Notes: generated by a model from the sequence alone, not told the origin. A stretch of 64,000 nucleotides of DNA from Trueperaceae bacterium (GCA_034521815.1 JAXHLW010000001.1:224001-288000); one strand, 5' to 3'; shown: positions 24,475-38,155, counted from the stretch's first letter. Numbers and translations: made by a program.

Positions 24475-25638
24475 ATGGCTTCTCCCTGGCGCCTCGTGCC
24501 CGTGGCCGAGATCGAGCCCGTTCAGCCGGCTGCCGATGCACGGGCACGCGGCTGGATCCGCGACCTCGCGGCGCGACTTCGCGGCGACCGGCACTCGCCG
24601 GTCGATCACACGCCGTCACGCGAGCGACTGGGCCCACTGGACGAGGCGCGCTTGTCGCGCCTGGTGCCGCCCCCACCGCTGCCCGCGCAGCGCGCGGCGT
24701 TCGACGCGCTGCGCGGCCGGGCCGACCGGGCGATCGTGCTCCGCCCGGACGACGGCGGCTGGGACGCGGTGCTGGACGGTCAGGGCGATGTCGCGGTCGA
24801 GCGATTGCAGTCCGCCCGACGCGCTACCAGCCCGGGTCGGGACTGCCGGACGCGACGCGCGAGCGCTTGGACGATCCGGCGCCGCTCCACGCGGTGCGAC
24901 TGGAGCGATGGGGCGTCCGACATCACGACGGTTTGGCGGCCTTGCGGGAGCTGCTGGCGCTGCTGGCCGACCGGTCGGGGCCGTGGAGCGCCGATCTCGG
25001 ACCGTGGGCGTGGGCGTGGATGCGGCACGTGCTCCCGGAGGCGCGAGGTCTGCCCTCGCCGGTCGCACCCGCGCCGCTGGACGGCGAGGCGTTGCACGAC
25101 TGGCTGGGCTATCACGACGCGTTGCGTCTGCGCGGGCGGGGCGGTGAGCCCGACGAGAGCACCTACCGTGCGCTGGCCAAGCGGTCGCGAGGCGAGGCCG
25201 GCGTCGCCTCGGCCGTTTGGCGATCGTGCTTGTGGGACGGCGCCGAGCGGCCTCTTCCGGACGAGGTAAGGACGCCGCCGAGAACGACCCGAAAAGACCG
25301 CCGAGAACGACCGCGAGGAGACCGCCGACGAGCCGTCCGAGCATGGCGCGGTCTGGGTGCGGCACCCCAGCGACCTGGACTTGCCGGGGTTGGCCACGGT
25401 GACGCGGCACGACCTGCTCTTGTTGCACGCGGTGCTGTTGCATGGGCGGCCGCCCTCGCGAACCGTGGCCCGCGCCGTCGACCGCGGGATCGCCGAGACC
25501 GAGGTGGCGCTGGCGACGCTGATCGGAAAGAGGCTGCTGGTGCGGGACGATGACGGCCGCATCCGGCCCGACGCGTTGGCGCTGCCGGCCATCCGAGCCC
25601 GGCTGGAGTCCGAGGCGTTCGTGGGGCTCGTGCCGTGA
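24475..25638 (+). pseudogene. Hypothetical protein upstream of mscS, apparently split by three frameshifts
   Basis: Coding-like segments lie in successive frames (24475 frame to ~24815, 24411 frame to ~25266, short frame-2 piece, 25357 frame). The stop overlaps the mscS GTG. May be a sequencing artefact. Confidence 0.55.
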
Positions 25639-26459
25639 ACGACGCCTCGAGCGCTTTCCTCGAGATCCTGAGGGACGTCTCGCAGATCCCCTGGCTGCGC
25701 ATCGCGATCATCGCGGTGGGTGCCTGGCTGCTGGTGCGGCTCCTGACGTGGGCGCTGCCCCGGGCGGCCGAGGCTCTGCCGGCCGGGGTTCGCGTCCGGC
25801 TTCTGCCGCTCGTGCCGGCGCTGCGGCTGGCGATCACGGTGATCGCGATCGTTTGGATCGTACCGCTGGTGATCTCGCCCACGCCTCAGAACCTGATCGC
25901 CGTGCTGGGCGCGCTGGGCATCGCGCTGGGCTTCGCCGTGAAGGACTACGTCGCCAGCCTGGTCGCCGGCGTGGTCGCGGTGTACGAGCGCCCCTATCGC
26001 CAGGGAGATTGGGTCCGGATCCGCGAGGTGTACGGCGAGGTCCGCTCGGTCGGGCTGCGGGCGCTGGAGCTGGTCACGCCCGAGGACGACGTGGTGACGT
26101 TTCCGCACGCCGTGCTCTGGACCGAGGGCGTCTCCAACGCCAACGACGGCGCTCGCACCTTGCAGGTGGTGGCGACGCTGTGGCTCGAGCCGGATCACGA
26201 CGCCGCCCGCATGCGCGACCGCCTGCGCGAGGTGGCGTGGACCAGCCCGTGGCTGGACGTGACGCGCTACGTCGAGGTGATCGTGCGCGAGGAGCCGTGG
26301 GGCACCCGCTACGACGTGAAGGCCTACCCGCTGGAGGCGCGCGATCAGTTCCGGTTCCTGAGCGACCTCACGGTCCGTGCCAAGGACGTGGTCAGGGCGG
26401 AGGGCGCACGGTACGCCGTAGCGCCGCCCGCGCCGGAGCGGCGCCAACCCAGGCGGTGA
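25635..26459 (+). CDS. mscS: Small-conductance mechanosensitive channel family protein
   Basis: Three TMs, LGIALGFAVKDYVASLVAG, ERPYRQGDWVRI, YGEVRSVGLR. Confidence 0.85.
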   Translation: MNDASSAFLEILRDVSQIPWLRIAIIAVGAWLLVRLLTWALPRAAEALPAGVRVRLLPLVPALRLAITVIAIVWIVPLVISPTPQNLIAVLGALGIALGFAVKDYVASLVAGVVAVYERPYRQGDWVRIREVYGEVRSVGLRALELVTPEDDVVTFPHAVLWTEGVSNANDGARTLQVVATLWLEPDHDAARMRDRLREVAWTSPWLDVTRYVEVIVREEPWGTRYDVKAYPLEARDQFRFLSDLTVRAKDVVRAEGARYAVAPPAPERRQPRR

Positions 26460-26480
26460 CGAGCGCGTCACCCGCCGGGC

Positions 26481-28427
26481 TCAGCGAACCTCGCTCCCGC
26501 TGGGGAGGTCGCGATCGAGCGTCGCGAGCGACAGCGCTCCGTCGGCGTCCTCGGCCGCGAGGATCATGCCCTGCGACTCGATGCCCCGAAGCTTCACGGG
26601 CGCGAGGTTGCACACCACGATCACCTTCTTGCCGACCAGCGCGCCGGCGTCGTAGTGCTCCTTGATGCCCGACACGACGGTCCGCGTCTCGGGGCCCACC
26701 GCCAGGGTGAGCACCAACAGGCGGTCGGCCTTGGGATGGGCCTCGGCCGCGACGACCTCCCCGACGCGGAGCTCCAGCGCGGCGAAGTCGTCGATCCCGA
26801 TCTCGTCCTTGTGGACCAGGGGGGGCGCTTCGCGACCGGCCGGCTCGCTCTCGGGCGGGGCGTCGAGCGACGCCCGCAGCGCGTCCAGGTCCACGCGCGG
26901 GAACAGCGGGTCGCCCGGAGCGGTCTTGGTGCCTTCGGGCAGGCCGTCCCAGCGTGCGGCGGCGTCCAGCGTCACCTCTCCGTGGGCGCCCAGCTGCGCG
27001 CGGAGCTCCGCCATCTTGCCCGGCATGACGGGCTCCAGCAGCACCGAGGCGCAGCGCAACGCCTCTAGACAGCTGCGCAGCACCGTGTCCAGCCGTCCCG
27101 ACGCGGCCGGATCCTTGGCCAGCTCCCACGGTTTCATGTCGGTGACGTACTTGTTGGCCTTGCCGACCGCCTCGAGGATCGAGGCGAGCGCGCGGTCGAA
27201 CTGCAGCTCGTCCACCTGCGCGCGGACGCGGCCCGGGAGCGCCATGAACGCGGCCTTCAGCGCTTCGCTGGCGTCGTCCGCCGGGCCGAAGGCGGGAACG
27301 ACGCCGCCCCGGTACTTGCCCAGCATCCCCAGCGTGCGGTTGAGCAGGTTGCCGAGGTCGTTGGCCAGGTCCGAGTTGATCCGCTCGGCCAGCCCCAGCT
27401 CGTGGAACGAGGCGTCCAGGCCGAAGCTCATGTCGCGCATCAGGAAGTAGCGGAACGCGTCGTTCCCATACCGCTCCTGCAGATCCAGCGGGCGCACCAC
27501 GTTGCCCAGCGACTTGCTCATCTTGCGGTCCTGGGTGAGCCAGTAGCCGTGCACGTTCAGGTGCCGGAAGAGCGGAATGCCGGCGGCCTTGAGCATGGTG
27601 GGCCAGAACACGCCGTGCGGCTTGACGATGTCCTTGGCGATGAAGTGCTCGGCGGCCGGCCAGTAGCGATCCTCGAGGCCCTGGCTGACGAGCTCGGACC
27701 AGTAGTTGATCAGCGCGTCGAACCAGACGTAGGTGACGTGATCCTCGTCCCAGGGGAGAGGAATGCCCCACGGCACGCGCTCGCGCGGCCGGCTGATCGA
27801 CAGGTCGCCGATCGGCTCGCGCAGCATCGCGAGGACCTCCTTGCGGTAGCCCTCGGGCCGGATCAGATCGGGGTTCGTCTCGAGGCGCTCCTTCAGCCAG
27901 GGTCGGTACTTCTCCATCCGGAAGAAGTAGTTCGCCTCGCTGCGGTATTCGGGCTCGATCTCGTGCTGGGGGCAGAGGCCGCCGTCGAGCTCCTTCTCGG
28001 TGTAGTACCTCTCGCACTTGACGCAGTACAGCCCGCCGTACTCGCCGTAGATGATGTCGCCCTGGTCGTACACCCGCTGCAGGACGTCGCGGACGACCTT
28101 CTTGTGACGCTCCTCGGTGGTCCGGATGAACGCGTCGTAGCGGATGTCGAGCCGGTCCCAGGTATCGCGGAACAGGCCGGCCACCCGGTCGGTGTACGCC
28201 TGGGGGGTCATCCCGTGGGCCTCGGCCGCCTTCTGGATGTTCTCGCCGTGCTCGTCGGTGCCGGTCAGGAAGCGGACGTCGTCGCCTGCGAGGCGGTGGT
28301 AGCGGGTGGCGACGTCGACGAGGATCGTCGTGTAGGCGTGGCCGATGTGGGGCTCGGCGTTGACGTAGAAGATCGGCGTGGTGGCGTAGTACACGCCGGG
28401 CGAGTCCGTGTTCTGCGGTGTGGCCAT
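26481..28427 (-). CDS. metG: Methionine--tRNA ligase with C-terminal tRNA-binding domain
   Basis: TTPIFYVNAEPHIGH, GTDEHG, YCVKCE knuckle, YVWFDAL, KMSKS, ESQGMIL; SD AGGAGG. Confidence 0.97.
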   Translation of the reverse strand: MATPQNTDSPGVYYATTPIFYVNAEPHIGHAYTTILVDVATRYHRLAGDDVRFLTGTDEHGENIQKAAEAHGMTPQAYTDRVAGLFRDTWDRLDIRYDAFIRTTEERHKKVVRDVLQRVYDQGDIIYGEYGGLYCVKCERYYTEKELDGGLCPQHEIEPEYRSEANYFFRMEKYRPWLKERLETNPDLIRPEGYRKEVLAMLREPIGDLSISRPRERVPWGIPLPWDEDHVTYVWFDALINYWSELVSQGLEDRYWPAAEHFIAKDIVKPHGVFWPTMLKAAGIPLFRHLNVHGYWLTQDRKMSKSLGNVVRPLDLQERYGNDAFRYFLMRDMSFGLDASFHELGLAERINSDLANDLGNLLNRTLGMLGKYRGGVVPAFGPADDASEALKAAFMALPGRVRAQVDELQFDRALASILEAVGKANKYVTDMKPWELAKDPAASGRLDTVLRSCLEALRCASVLLEPVMPGKMAELRAQLGAHGEVTLDAAARWDGLPEGTKTAPGDPLFPRVDLDALRASLDAPPESEPAGREAPPLVHKDEIGIDDFAALELRVGEVVAAEAHPKADRLLVLTLAVGPETRTVVSGIKEHYDAGALVGKKVIVVCNLAPVKLRGIESQGMILAAEDADGALSLATLDRDLPSGSEVR

Positions 28428-28706
28428 GAGTCCTCCTGGTGCGGCGCCGTCGGTGAGGCGAGAGGCCGTCGCGCCTACGTGGCGGCGGGCGTGCGTGTGG
28501 TCCGCCGATCGGGCTGCGCCCACGTCGCCGAGCACGCGAAGCGTAGCAGATGAGCGTCGTCCAGGCGCTGCGTTCGCTGACGCCGGCGTGAGCCCGCGTC
28601 GCGCCGCCGCCGGATCGAACCGCGATCGAACCGCGATCGATGCCGGATCGCCGTCGGAGCGCGATCGGAGCATCCGGGCGCCCGAGTCGCGTGCGACAAT
28701 GCGCGC

Positions 28707-31867
<3,161 letters not shown>

Positions 31868-31948
31868 GGCTGGTGCCCGCGTCCGCCCACGGGCGGCACG
31901 GTTCTCGGCGGTAAGAGATCCGTTACCCGAAGCCGGTACCCTGACGTC

Positions 31949-32284
31949 GTGATGGACGAGTTCGTTCTGGACCCAGGCCACGACGCCCGCCCCGCTCCGC
32001 GGCGAGGGCGGATCGAGGAGCTCCGCGAGACGATCGTTCGCGACGCTCGTTCGCGCGCCGCGCGTGCGGGGGTGGAGCTGGTGGTCGAGGACTCGCGCCG
32101 CAGCTCGGACGTCGCTCTGCTCTGGTTCTCCGGCGAGCGCCGGCCGGTGCTGGCGATCGTCGGCGACTGGGAGCCCGACGAGCCGGTCGAGCTGCAGATC
32201 GCGCACGCCGGGCCCCGCGGCGCTCGCTACGAGCTCGCGCTCTACGTCGTGGCGCGAAGCGACCGGTCGCCAGCGGCCGACTGA
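31949..32284 (+). CDS. Hypothetical protein (111 aa)
   Basis: GC3-rich ORF with TACCCT -10 lying 6 nt before GTG. Confidence 0.6.
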   Translation: MMDEFVLDPGHDARPAPRRGRIEELRETIVRDARSRAARAGVELVVEDSRRSSDVALLWFSGERRPVLAIVGDWEPDEPVELQIAHAGPRGARYELALYVVARSDRSPAAD

Positions 32285-32351
32285 CGCACCATCGCAGGTG
32301 GGCCGCGGCGCGGTGCGACGGACGCGACCGGCCGACCATGCGAATACCCTC

Positions 32352-32380
32352 TTGCATATGCTGAGCGAACCTGCTACGTT
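32352..32380 (+). promoter_or_regulatory. Sigma70-type promoter
   Basis: TTGCAT-N17-TACGTT, with extended TG. Confidence 0.6.
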
Positions 32381-32433
32381 GCGATCTGCGGACGATGGCG
32401 TCCGCGCACATCCCACGAGAGGCAGGTGAAACG

Positions 32434-32544
32434 ATGATTCGAGACGTCGGCTCCATGCTCCAGCGCAAGGCGGCCCTCCACGGCCGCGCGCTGCCCGGCT
32501 TCGTCGTGCCTGCCGGGGACGGTTCGAGAGGTCGCGTCTCGTAG
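32434..32544 (+). CDS. Candidate small protein (36 aa)
   Basis: MIRDVGSMLQRKAALHGRALPGFVVPAGDGSRGRVS; SD-like CAGGTG; lies between a promoter and a terminator. Confidence 0.4.
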   Translation: MIRDVGSMLQRKAALHGRALPGFVVPAGDGSRGRVS

Positions 32545-32570
32545 ACGCGCCACGCCTTCGCGATCCGCTC

Positions 32571-32606
32571 CCCCCTCGGCACAGAAGCGCCGAGGGGGTT
32601 CTTCTT
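32571..32606 (+). terminator. Intrinsic terminator
   Basis: CCCCCTCGGC-loop-GCCGAGGGGG followed by TTCTTCTT. Confidence 0.8.
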
Positions 32607-32714
32607 GGCCCGAGGCGCGATAGCGAGACCCGAGGGCGAGCCGTCACGAGCGAGGCGATCGAAACGAATCCTTGGCGAATGGCATGTCGGAACGCACACT
32701 CTATAAAGCACCGC

Positions 32715-32743
32715 TTGACAGATGATCCATCTCATCGTAGGAT
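32715..32743 (+). promoter_or_regulatory. Near-consensus sigma70 promoter with palindrome in spacer
   Basis: TTGACA-N17-TAGGAT; spacer region holds AGATG-atc-CATCT and GATGA-N6-TCATC. Confidence 0.7.
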
Positions 32744-32764
32744 TCCTCTCAAGGAGGACGTCGG

Positions 32765-32965
32765 ATGCACCACTTCGAAACGATCTACCGGATCCAGTCC
32801 GATCGGGCCGAGGGACTTCGCGACGACGCGGCTCGCGCCCGCCAGCTGACCGCAGCGCGCGGTCTCCGCACCGGCGGACTCCGAGCCACCACGGCACGTT
32901 GGCTTCGCGACCTCGCCGAGCTGCTCGACCCTCGGCCCCGTGCGGCCAACGCGCGCACGACCTGA
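32765..32965 (+). CDS. Small Arg/Ala-rich helical protein (66 aa)
   Basis: SD AAGGAGG 7 nt upstream; has its own promoter. Confidence 0.7.
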   Translation: MHHFETIYRIQSDRAEGLRDDAARARQLTAARGLRTGGLRATTARWLRDLAELLDPRPRAANARTT

Positions 32966-33051
32966 GTCCGCTCGAAGGACGACCACGCCGGACGACGCAG
33001 GACGTCCCGAACCGACCCGCCAGCCGCACGACCGGGCTCGCGGGTCGGTTT

Positions 33052-33909
33052 TCAGCTCGCGCGACCCAGGGCCAGCATCGCGACGCCCGCCGCCATCGCC
33101 GTCGCGGCCAGCAGCCGGCGCGCGACCTGTCCCTCCTGCAGCAGGCCGGTCCCCAGCGCGACGCCGATCAGGATGCTGACCTCGCGGGTCGGCGCGACCT
33201 GACTGACCGGCGCCAAGCGGAACGCGTAGAGGACCAGCAGGTACGCCAGCGGGCTGAGCACGCCGACACCGATCAGCGCCCGACGCGACTCGCGCCAGGC
33301 GCGCCGGACCTCCTCCCGGCGAATCCAGGCCACCGGTGCCAGGATGACCGCCCGCACCGTCTCGGACAGCCACATGTAGAGCAACGGCGCGACGCCGATG
33401 CGCGCGACCGCGGTCGCGTCCCACACCGAGTACGCCGCGATGAACACACCGGTCGCCAGGCCGGCACGAACGGCGCGACCCGACCCGGCCGCGCGGCCGC
33501 CCGCCAAGCCGAACGCCGCAGCCGCGACCAGCGCGGTGCCCAGCACGACCAGCAGCCCGGGACGCTCGCCGAGCAACGCGACCGCTGCGAGCGTCGCCAG
33601 CGCCGGCCCGCTCCCGCGCGCCAACGGGTAGATCAGCGACAGGTCGCCCAGGCGGTAGCCGCGCTGAAGCGACACGAAGTAACCGACGTGCAGCAAGGCC
33701 GAGCCCGCCACGAACGCCCACGCCAGTCGCGGGAGAGGTCCGTCCAGCGAACGCGCCGCGACGATTCCGGCCGGCAGCGTCGCCACCGACGCCACCGCCG
33801 CGTAGGCCCACGCCACCCCGAATCCGCCGAGCACACGCTTGGCCAGGAGGTTCCAGCTCGCATGGATCCCGGCCGAGGCCAGGACGAGGGTCAGGGCGAG
33901 AGGATCCAC
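33052..33909 (-). CDS. EamA/DMT family transporter
   Basis: HASWNLLAK, GDLSLIYPLARG, LLGER, IAAYSVWD, VAPTREVS; about 10 TMs. Confidence 0.9.
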   Translation of the reverse strand: MDPLALTLVLASAGIHASWNLLAKRVLGGFGVAWAYAAVASVATLPAGIVAARSLDGPLPRLAWAFVAGSALLHVGYFVSLQRGYRLGDLSLIYPLARGSGPALATLAAVALLGERPGLLVVLGTALVAAAAFGLAGGRAAGSGRAVRAGLATGVFIAAYSVWDATAVARIGVAPLLYMWLSETVRAVILAPVAWIRREEVRRAWRESRRALIGVGVLSPLAYLLVLYAFRLAPVSQVAPTREVSILIGVALGTGLLQEGQVARRLLAATAMAAGVAMLALGRAS

Positions 33910-33991
33910 GACGTGCCCGTCTCAGCGACCCGTCCAGCGACCCGTCCGACGGCTCGCGCCACGCTCGCGGCCGAGGCTCGGGCAGGCGCGA

Positions 33992-34936
33992 TCACCTCAC
34001 GTACGTCAGCCAGTCCGTGAACCGGGTGTCACGCCCCTCGACCGCGTTCAGGTACCACTCGCGCATCCGCATCGCGAACGGTCCGGCCTTGCCCTGGCCG
34101 ATCGGCCTGCGATCGATCTCGGCGATCGGGGTGACCTCCGCCGCGGTGCCGACCATGAACACCTCGTCGGCCGTGTACAGCTCGTCTCGTGTGGCCCACG
34201 TCTCGCGGACCTCGACCCCCTGCGCCGTCGCGATCGCGATCACGCTGTCGCGCGTGATGCCGCGAAGGTTCACCGAATGGACGACGGGGAAGAGGACGCC
34301 GTCGCGGACCATGAACAGGTTCTCGCCCGAGCCTTCGGCGACGAAGCCGTTCTCGTCCAGCAGCAGGGCCTCGTCGTACCCCAGCTCGCGCGCCTCCTGG
34401 TTCGCGAGGACGCTGTTGACGTAGTTGCCGCCCGCCTTGGCCTTGGTCGGCATCACGTCGGGCGGGCTCCGCCTCCAGCTCGACGTGATCAGACGTGCGC
34501 CCTGGGCGACGGCGTCGTCGCCCAGGTAGGTGCCCCACGACCAGGTCGCGACCATGAAGTGCACCCGGTTCCGTGCCGGGCTGATGCCCAGCGACTCCGG
34601 CCCGTACCAGAGAAGGGGACGGATGTAGCAGGCCGTACGGTCGTTGCCCCGGACGGTCGTGATCACCGCCTCGTCGATCTCCTGGACGCTGGGCACGCCC
34701 GGCATCCCCAGGATCTTGGCCGAGTCCAGCAGACGGCGGCTATGGTCGTGAAGGCGGAAGATCGCCGCGCCGCGATCCGTGGCGTAGGCGCGCGCGCCCT
34801 CGAACACGCTGGTGCCGTAGTGCAGCGCGTGGCTGAGGACCGAGACGGTGGCTTCCTCCTGTGGGACGAGGCGCCCGTCGAACCAGATCCGTCCGGCGTC
34901 GATGCCGGGAGCGGGGCGACCGTTCGAATCTGCCAT
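33992..34936 (-). CDS. ilvE: Branched-chain amino acid aminotransferase
   Basis: HALHYGTSVFEG, YIRP, KAGGNY, EGSGENLF, LRGITR, ADEVFMVGTAAEVTP. Confidence 0.95.
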   Translation of the reverse strand: MADSNGRPAPGIDAGRIWFDGRLVPQEEATVSVLSHALHYGTSVFEGARAYATDRGAAIFRLHDHSRRLLDSAKILGMPGVPSVQEIDEAVITTVRGNDRTACYIRPLLWYGPESLGISPARNRVHFMVATWSWGTYLGDDAVAQGARLITSSWRRSPPDVMPTKAKAGGNYVNSVLANQEARELGYDEALLLDENGFVAEGSGENLFMVRDGVLFPVVHSVNLRGITRDSVIAIATAQGVEVRETWATRDELYTADEVFMVGTAAEVTPIAEIDRRPIGQGKAGPFAMRMREWYLNAVEGRDTRFTDWLTYVR

Positions 34937-35038
34937 GAGTGAAAATCCCTTCAGAGATGACGTGTCCGCCCATCGTACAGGCCTGCGGCGCGCCTGGGCG
35001 CGTTGTGCCGTGTGGCGGCGTCCCGGTACACTGCGGTC

Positions 35039-36019
35039 ATGCGCATCCTCGTCACCGGCGGCGCCGGCTACATCGGCAGCGTGACCGCCGCCGCGCTTCT
35101 CGACCGTGGACACGACGTCGTCGTGCTCGACGATCTACGCACCGGGCATCGCGAGGCGGTTCCGGACGGTGCCGCGTTCGTCCGCGCCGACGTGGCGGAC
35201 GTCGCTACGGTCGCAGCGACGCTGAGCCGACACGATTCGGAGGCGATCGTCCACTTCGCGGCGAGCTCGCTGGTGGGCGAGTCGATGGAGCGTCCGATGG
35301 CCTACTTCGCGAACAACACCGGCGGAACGCTGGCGCTGCTGGACACGGCGCTGCGCAAAGGCGTGCGCCGGTTCGTGCTCTCCTCGACGGCCGCGCTGTA
35401 CGGCACGCCGGACACGGTGCCGATCCCCGAGGACGCCCCCCTGCATCCAGAGAGCGTGTACGGCGAATCGAAGTACCTGATCGAGAGGATGCTCGGCTGG
35501 CTGGGACGGACCGCTGGACTGGGCTGGACCGCGCTGCGCTACTTCAACGCCGCCGGCGCGACCACCGACAGGGGCGAGGACCACCGACCCGAGTCCCACC
35601 TGATCCCGATCGTGCTGCAGACCGCCCTGGGCCAGCGTGCCGAGGTCGCCATCTTCGGAATGGACTACCCGACCCCCGACGGGACGGCCGTTCGCGACTA
35701 CGTGCACGTCGCCGATCTGGCCAGCGCCCACATCGCTGCGGTCGAGGCGATCCGGCCCGGTCAGGGCGCGGCGTACAACGTGGGCACCGGCCAGGGGTTC
35801 AGCGTCGCCGAGGTCGTCGCCGCCTGTCGCGACGTCACCGGCCATGAGATCCCGGCCGAGGTCGCGCCCCGGCGCGCCGGGGACCCGCCCCGACTGGTGG
35901 CCGACGCGAGCCGCATCCGCAGCGCCCTCGGATGGGAGCCCAGGACGACCGAGCTCCGCGACATCGTCGCGTCCGCCTGGCGTTGGCACCAGGCCCATCC
36001 GCACGGATACGAACAGTGA
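35039..36019 (+). CDS. galE: UDP-glucose 4-epimerase
   Basis: ILVTGGAGYIGS, HFAASSLVGES, YGESK, LRYFNAAGA, PTPDGTAVRDYVHV. Confidence 0.95.
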   Translation: MRILVTGGAGYIGSVTAAALLDRGHDVVVLDDLRTGHREAVPDGAAFVRADVADVATVAATLSRHDSEAIVHFAASSLVGESMERPMAYFANNTGGTLALLDTALRKGVRRFVLSSTAALYGTPDTVPIPEDAPLHPESVYGESKYLIERMLGWLGRTAGLGWTALRYFNAAGATTDRGEDHRPESHLIPIVLQTALGQRAEVAIFGMDYPTPDGTAVRDYVHVADLASAHIAAVEAIRPGQGAAYNVGTGQGFSVAEVVAACRDVTGHEIPAEVAPRRAGDPPRLVADASRIRSALGWEPRTTELRDIVASAWRWHQAHPHGYEQ

Positions 36020-36197
36020 CGTGGACGGCCGCGGGGACGCCGATGACGGACGTCCATCGTCAGGCGCCACACGGGCACCTCACTGGGCCGTGATATACCC
36101 TTTGCGACCTGCCCCGAGGTCCTTTGCCCACACACCTGCCGCCCCCCGGCGGCCGACGGCGCGGGCGGGCCTGAACGACCCGCGTTTGGAGACCACC

Positions 36198-36803
36198 ATG
36201 AGACGAAGCGTCACGACCCTCCTCGTTCTGATCCTCCTGCTCGGAAGCGCCTTCGCGCAGCGGGTCACGCTCTCGGGCGTGATCGACAGCGAGGAGCCCC
36301 TTCCGGACGGCACCCGCCTCGGCGTCCAGATTCTCGACGCGGACGACGCCTGGAGCCACGAAGCCGGGAGCGTCGTGCCCGTCGCCGGCAGCTTCCGCCT
36401 GGAGGTCGAGCCCGCTCCAGAGGATCTTCTTCGACCGTTCCGCAGCGGCTCGGTGCTGCTGCCTGGCCTGCAGAACGAGTATCGCGTCGAGACCGAGGGC
36501 GTGCGCTACGTGCAGGGCTCGCTGGCCATGTACCTCGACGCGAACGGCGACGGCGTCTGGACCCGCGATCCCGAGCGCGACCCGTTCTTCCTGGCCCTGT
36601 CCCAGCTCGAGCGACCGATCGGGTTCTTCACGCTGATCTACGTCGACCGCGCCGCGGTGATGACCGGCAGCGGCGTCGAGCTGGAGCTTCAGCCGGGCTG
36701 GAACGTGTACACCGTCCGCTTCCCCGAGAGCGGTCCGGCCTATGCGGTGCGGACCGCGGTCGACGACATCGCGCTCGAAGTGCTCGATCTCGTGCCTCGC
36801 TGA
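36198..36803 (+). CDS. Secreted hypothetical protein
   Basis: Signal peptide ending AFA-Q; DANGDG Ca-binding-like loop; LQPGWN. Confidence 0.7.
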   Translation: MRRSVTTLLVLILLLGSAFAQRVTLSGVIDSEEPLPDGTRLGVQILDADDAWSHEAGSVVPVAGSFRLEVEPAPEDLLRPFRSGSVLLPGLQNEYRVETEGVRYVQGSLAMYLDANGDGVWTRDPERDPFFLALSQLERPIGFFTLIYVDRAAVMTGSGVELELQPGWNVYTVRFPESGPAYAVRTAVDDIALEVLDLVPR

Positions 36804-36851
36804 GCGGTGCGATCGACGCGCCCCCACCCCCCGCGCTGATATAACGGCGGC

Positions 36852-37325
36852 ATGGACATCTGGGAGGGTTCCCTCGTCGGCGATGGCGTGCGCGTCGCCG
36901 TCGTCGTGAGCCGATTCAACGATCTGGTGACGCGACGTCTTCTCGACGGGGCGCTCGACGCGCTGCGGCGGAGCGGCGTGGCCGACGGCGACGTGAGCGT
37001 CACCTGGGTGCCCGGCGCGGTCGAGATCCCGTTGGCCGCGTCCCGCTTGGCCTCGAGCGGGCGCTACGACGCGGTGATCACCCTCGGTGCGGTGATCCGC
37101 GGAGCGACCAGCCACTACGACCACGTCTGCTCGATCGTCGCCTCGGGCGTGGCTCGCGCATCGGAGCGGAGCGGCGTGCCCGTCGTGTTCGGCGTGCTCA
37201 CCACCGACACGATCGAGCAGGCGCTCGAGCGGGCCGGCACCAAGGCCGGCAACAAGGGCGCCGACGCTGCGCATAGCGCGATCGAGATGGCGAACCTGAT
37301 GCGCGAGCTTCCGACCCCGACATGA
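36852..37325 (+). CDS. ribH: 6,7-dimethyl-8-ribityllumazine synthase
   Basis: [34 protein letters not shown]. Confidence 0.96.
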   Translation: MDIWEGSLVGDGVRVAVVVSRFNDLVTRRLLDGALDALRRSGVADGDVSVTWVPGAVEIPLAASRLASSGRYDAVITLGAVIRGATSHYDHVCSIVASGVARASERSGVPVVFGVLTTDTIEQALERAGTKAGNKGADAAHSAIEMANLMRELPTPT

Positions 37326-38155
37326 CCGTGCCGTCCACGCCCGAGGCGACCGCGCCCACGCCCGAGCCGTCCACGCCCGAGCCGTCCACGCCCACGCCCA
37401 GCGCCGGCGATCGCTGGCGTCAGTCGCTGGTGCTGGTGACCATCCTCGCCACGATCGCGATGAACGCCCTCGCGAACATCTTGCCGTTGATGGGACGCGC
37501 CACCGGCGACATCTCGGATGCGTATCCCGTGCCGTTCACGCCGTCGGGATACGTGTTCTCGATCTGGGGCGTGATCTACCTCGGCCTGATCGTGTTCGGC
37601 ATCTGGCAGGCGCGTCCCGGGCAGGCGCACGACCCGCGGCTCAGGGCCGCCGCGCCGTGGATCGTCCTTTCGGGCGCGTTCAACGTCGCCTGGCTGGTCG
37701 CCTGGCACGCCGAGCGCGTCGTGCTGTCCACGCTGCCGATCGTGGGGCTGCTGGTGTCGCTGATCGTCATCTACGAGACGCTCGGTCGCGGTCCGGCGGG
37801 CCTGGGCATGCGGTTCGGCGCGCGGCTGCCGTTCAGTCTCTACCTCGGCTGGCTCACCGTCGCGACGGTCGCGAACGTCGCCGTCGCGGGCTGGGCGCTG
37901 GGCTGGCGCGGCGCCCCGTTCGGCGCCGAGGTCTGGGCCCTGGTGATGATCGCCGTGGCCAGCCTCATCGGCCTCCGCATGCTGCAGGTACGCCGCGACG
38001 TCGCGTTCGCCCTGGTGCTGGTGTGGGCGTTCGTCGGCATCGCCGTGAGCGCCGGCGTCCCGAGCCTCCTCGCGGGCGGAGCGCTTCTGTTCGCCGCCCT
38101 GGTGCTCGGCGGTGCGGTCGGCCGCGTCGTGCGCGCCGGCGGAGACGCGAGATGA
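37322..38155 (+). CDS. TspO/MBR-related Trp-rich membrane protein
   Basis: [32 protein letters not shown]-terminal TPEPS repeats. Confidence 0.8.
   Translation: MTVPSTPEATAPTPEPSTPEPSTPTPSAGDRWRQSLVLVTILATIAMNALANILPLMGRATGDISDAYPVPFTPSGYVFSIWGVIYLGLIVFGIWQARPGQAHDPRLRAAAPWIVLSGAFNVAWLVAWHAERVVLSTLPIVGLLVSLIVIYETLGRGPAGLGMRFGARLPFSLYLGWLTVATVANVAVAGWALGWRGAPFGAEVWALVMIAVASLIGLRMLQVRRDVAFALVLVWAFVGIAVSAGVPSLLAGGALLFAALVLGGAVGRVVRAGGDAR

Noticed and set aside
28428-28700. T-box or SAM riboswitch upstream of metG
   Set aside because: I could not find the T-box (GGTGGNACCGCG) or SAM-I consensus, nor a terminator.
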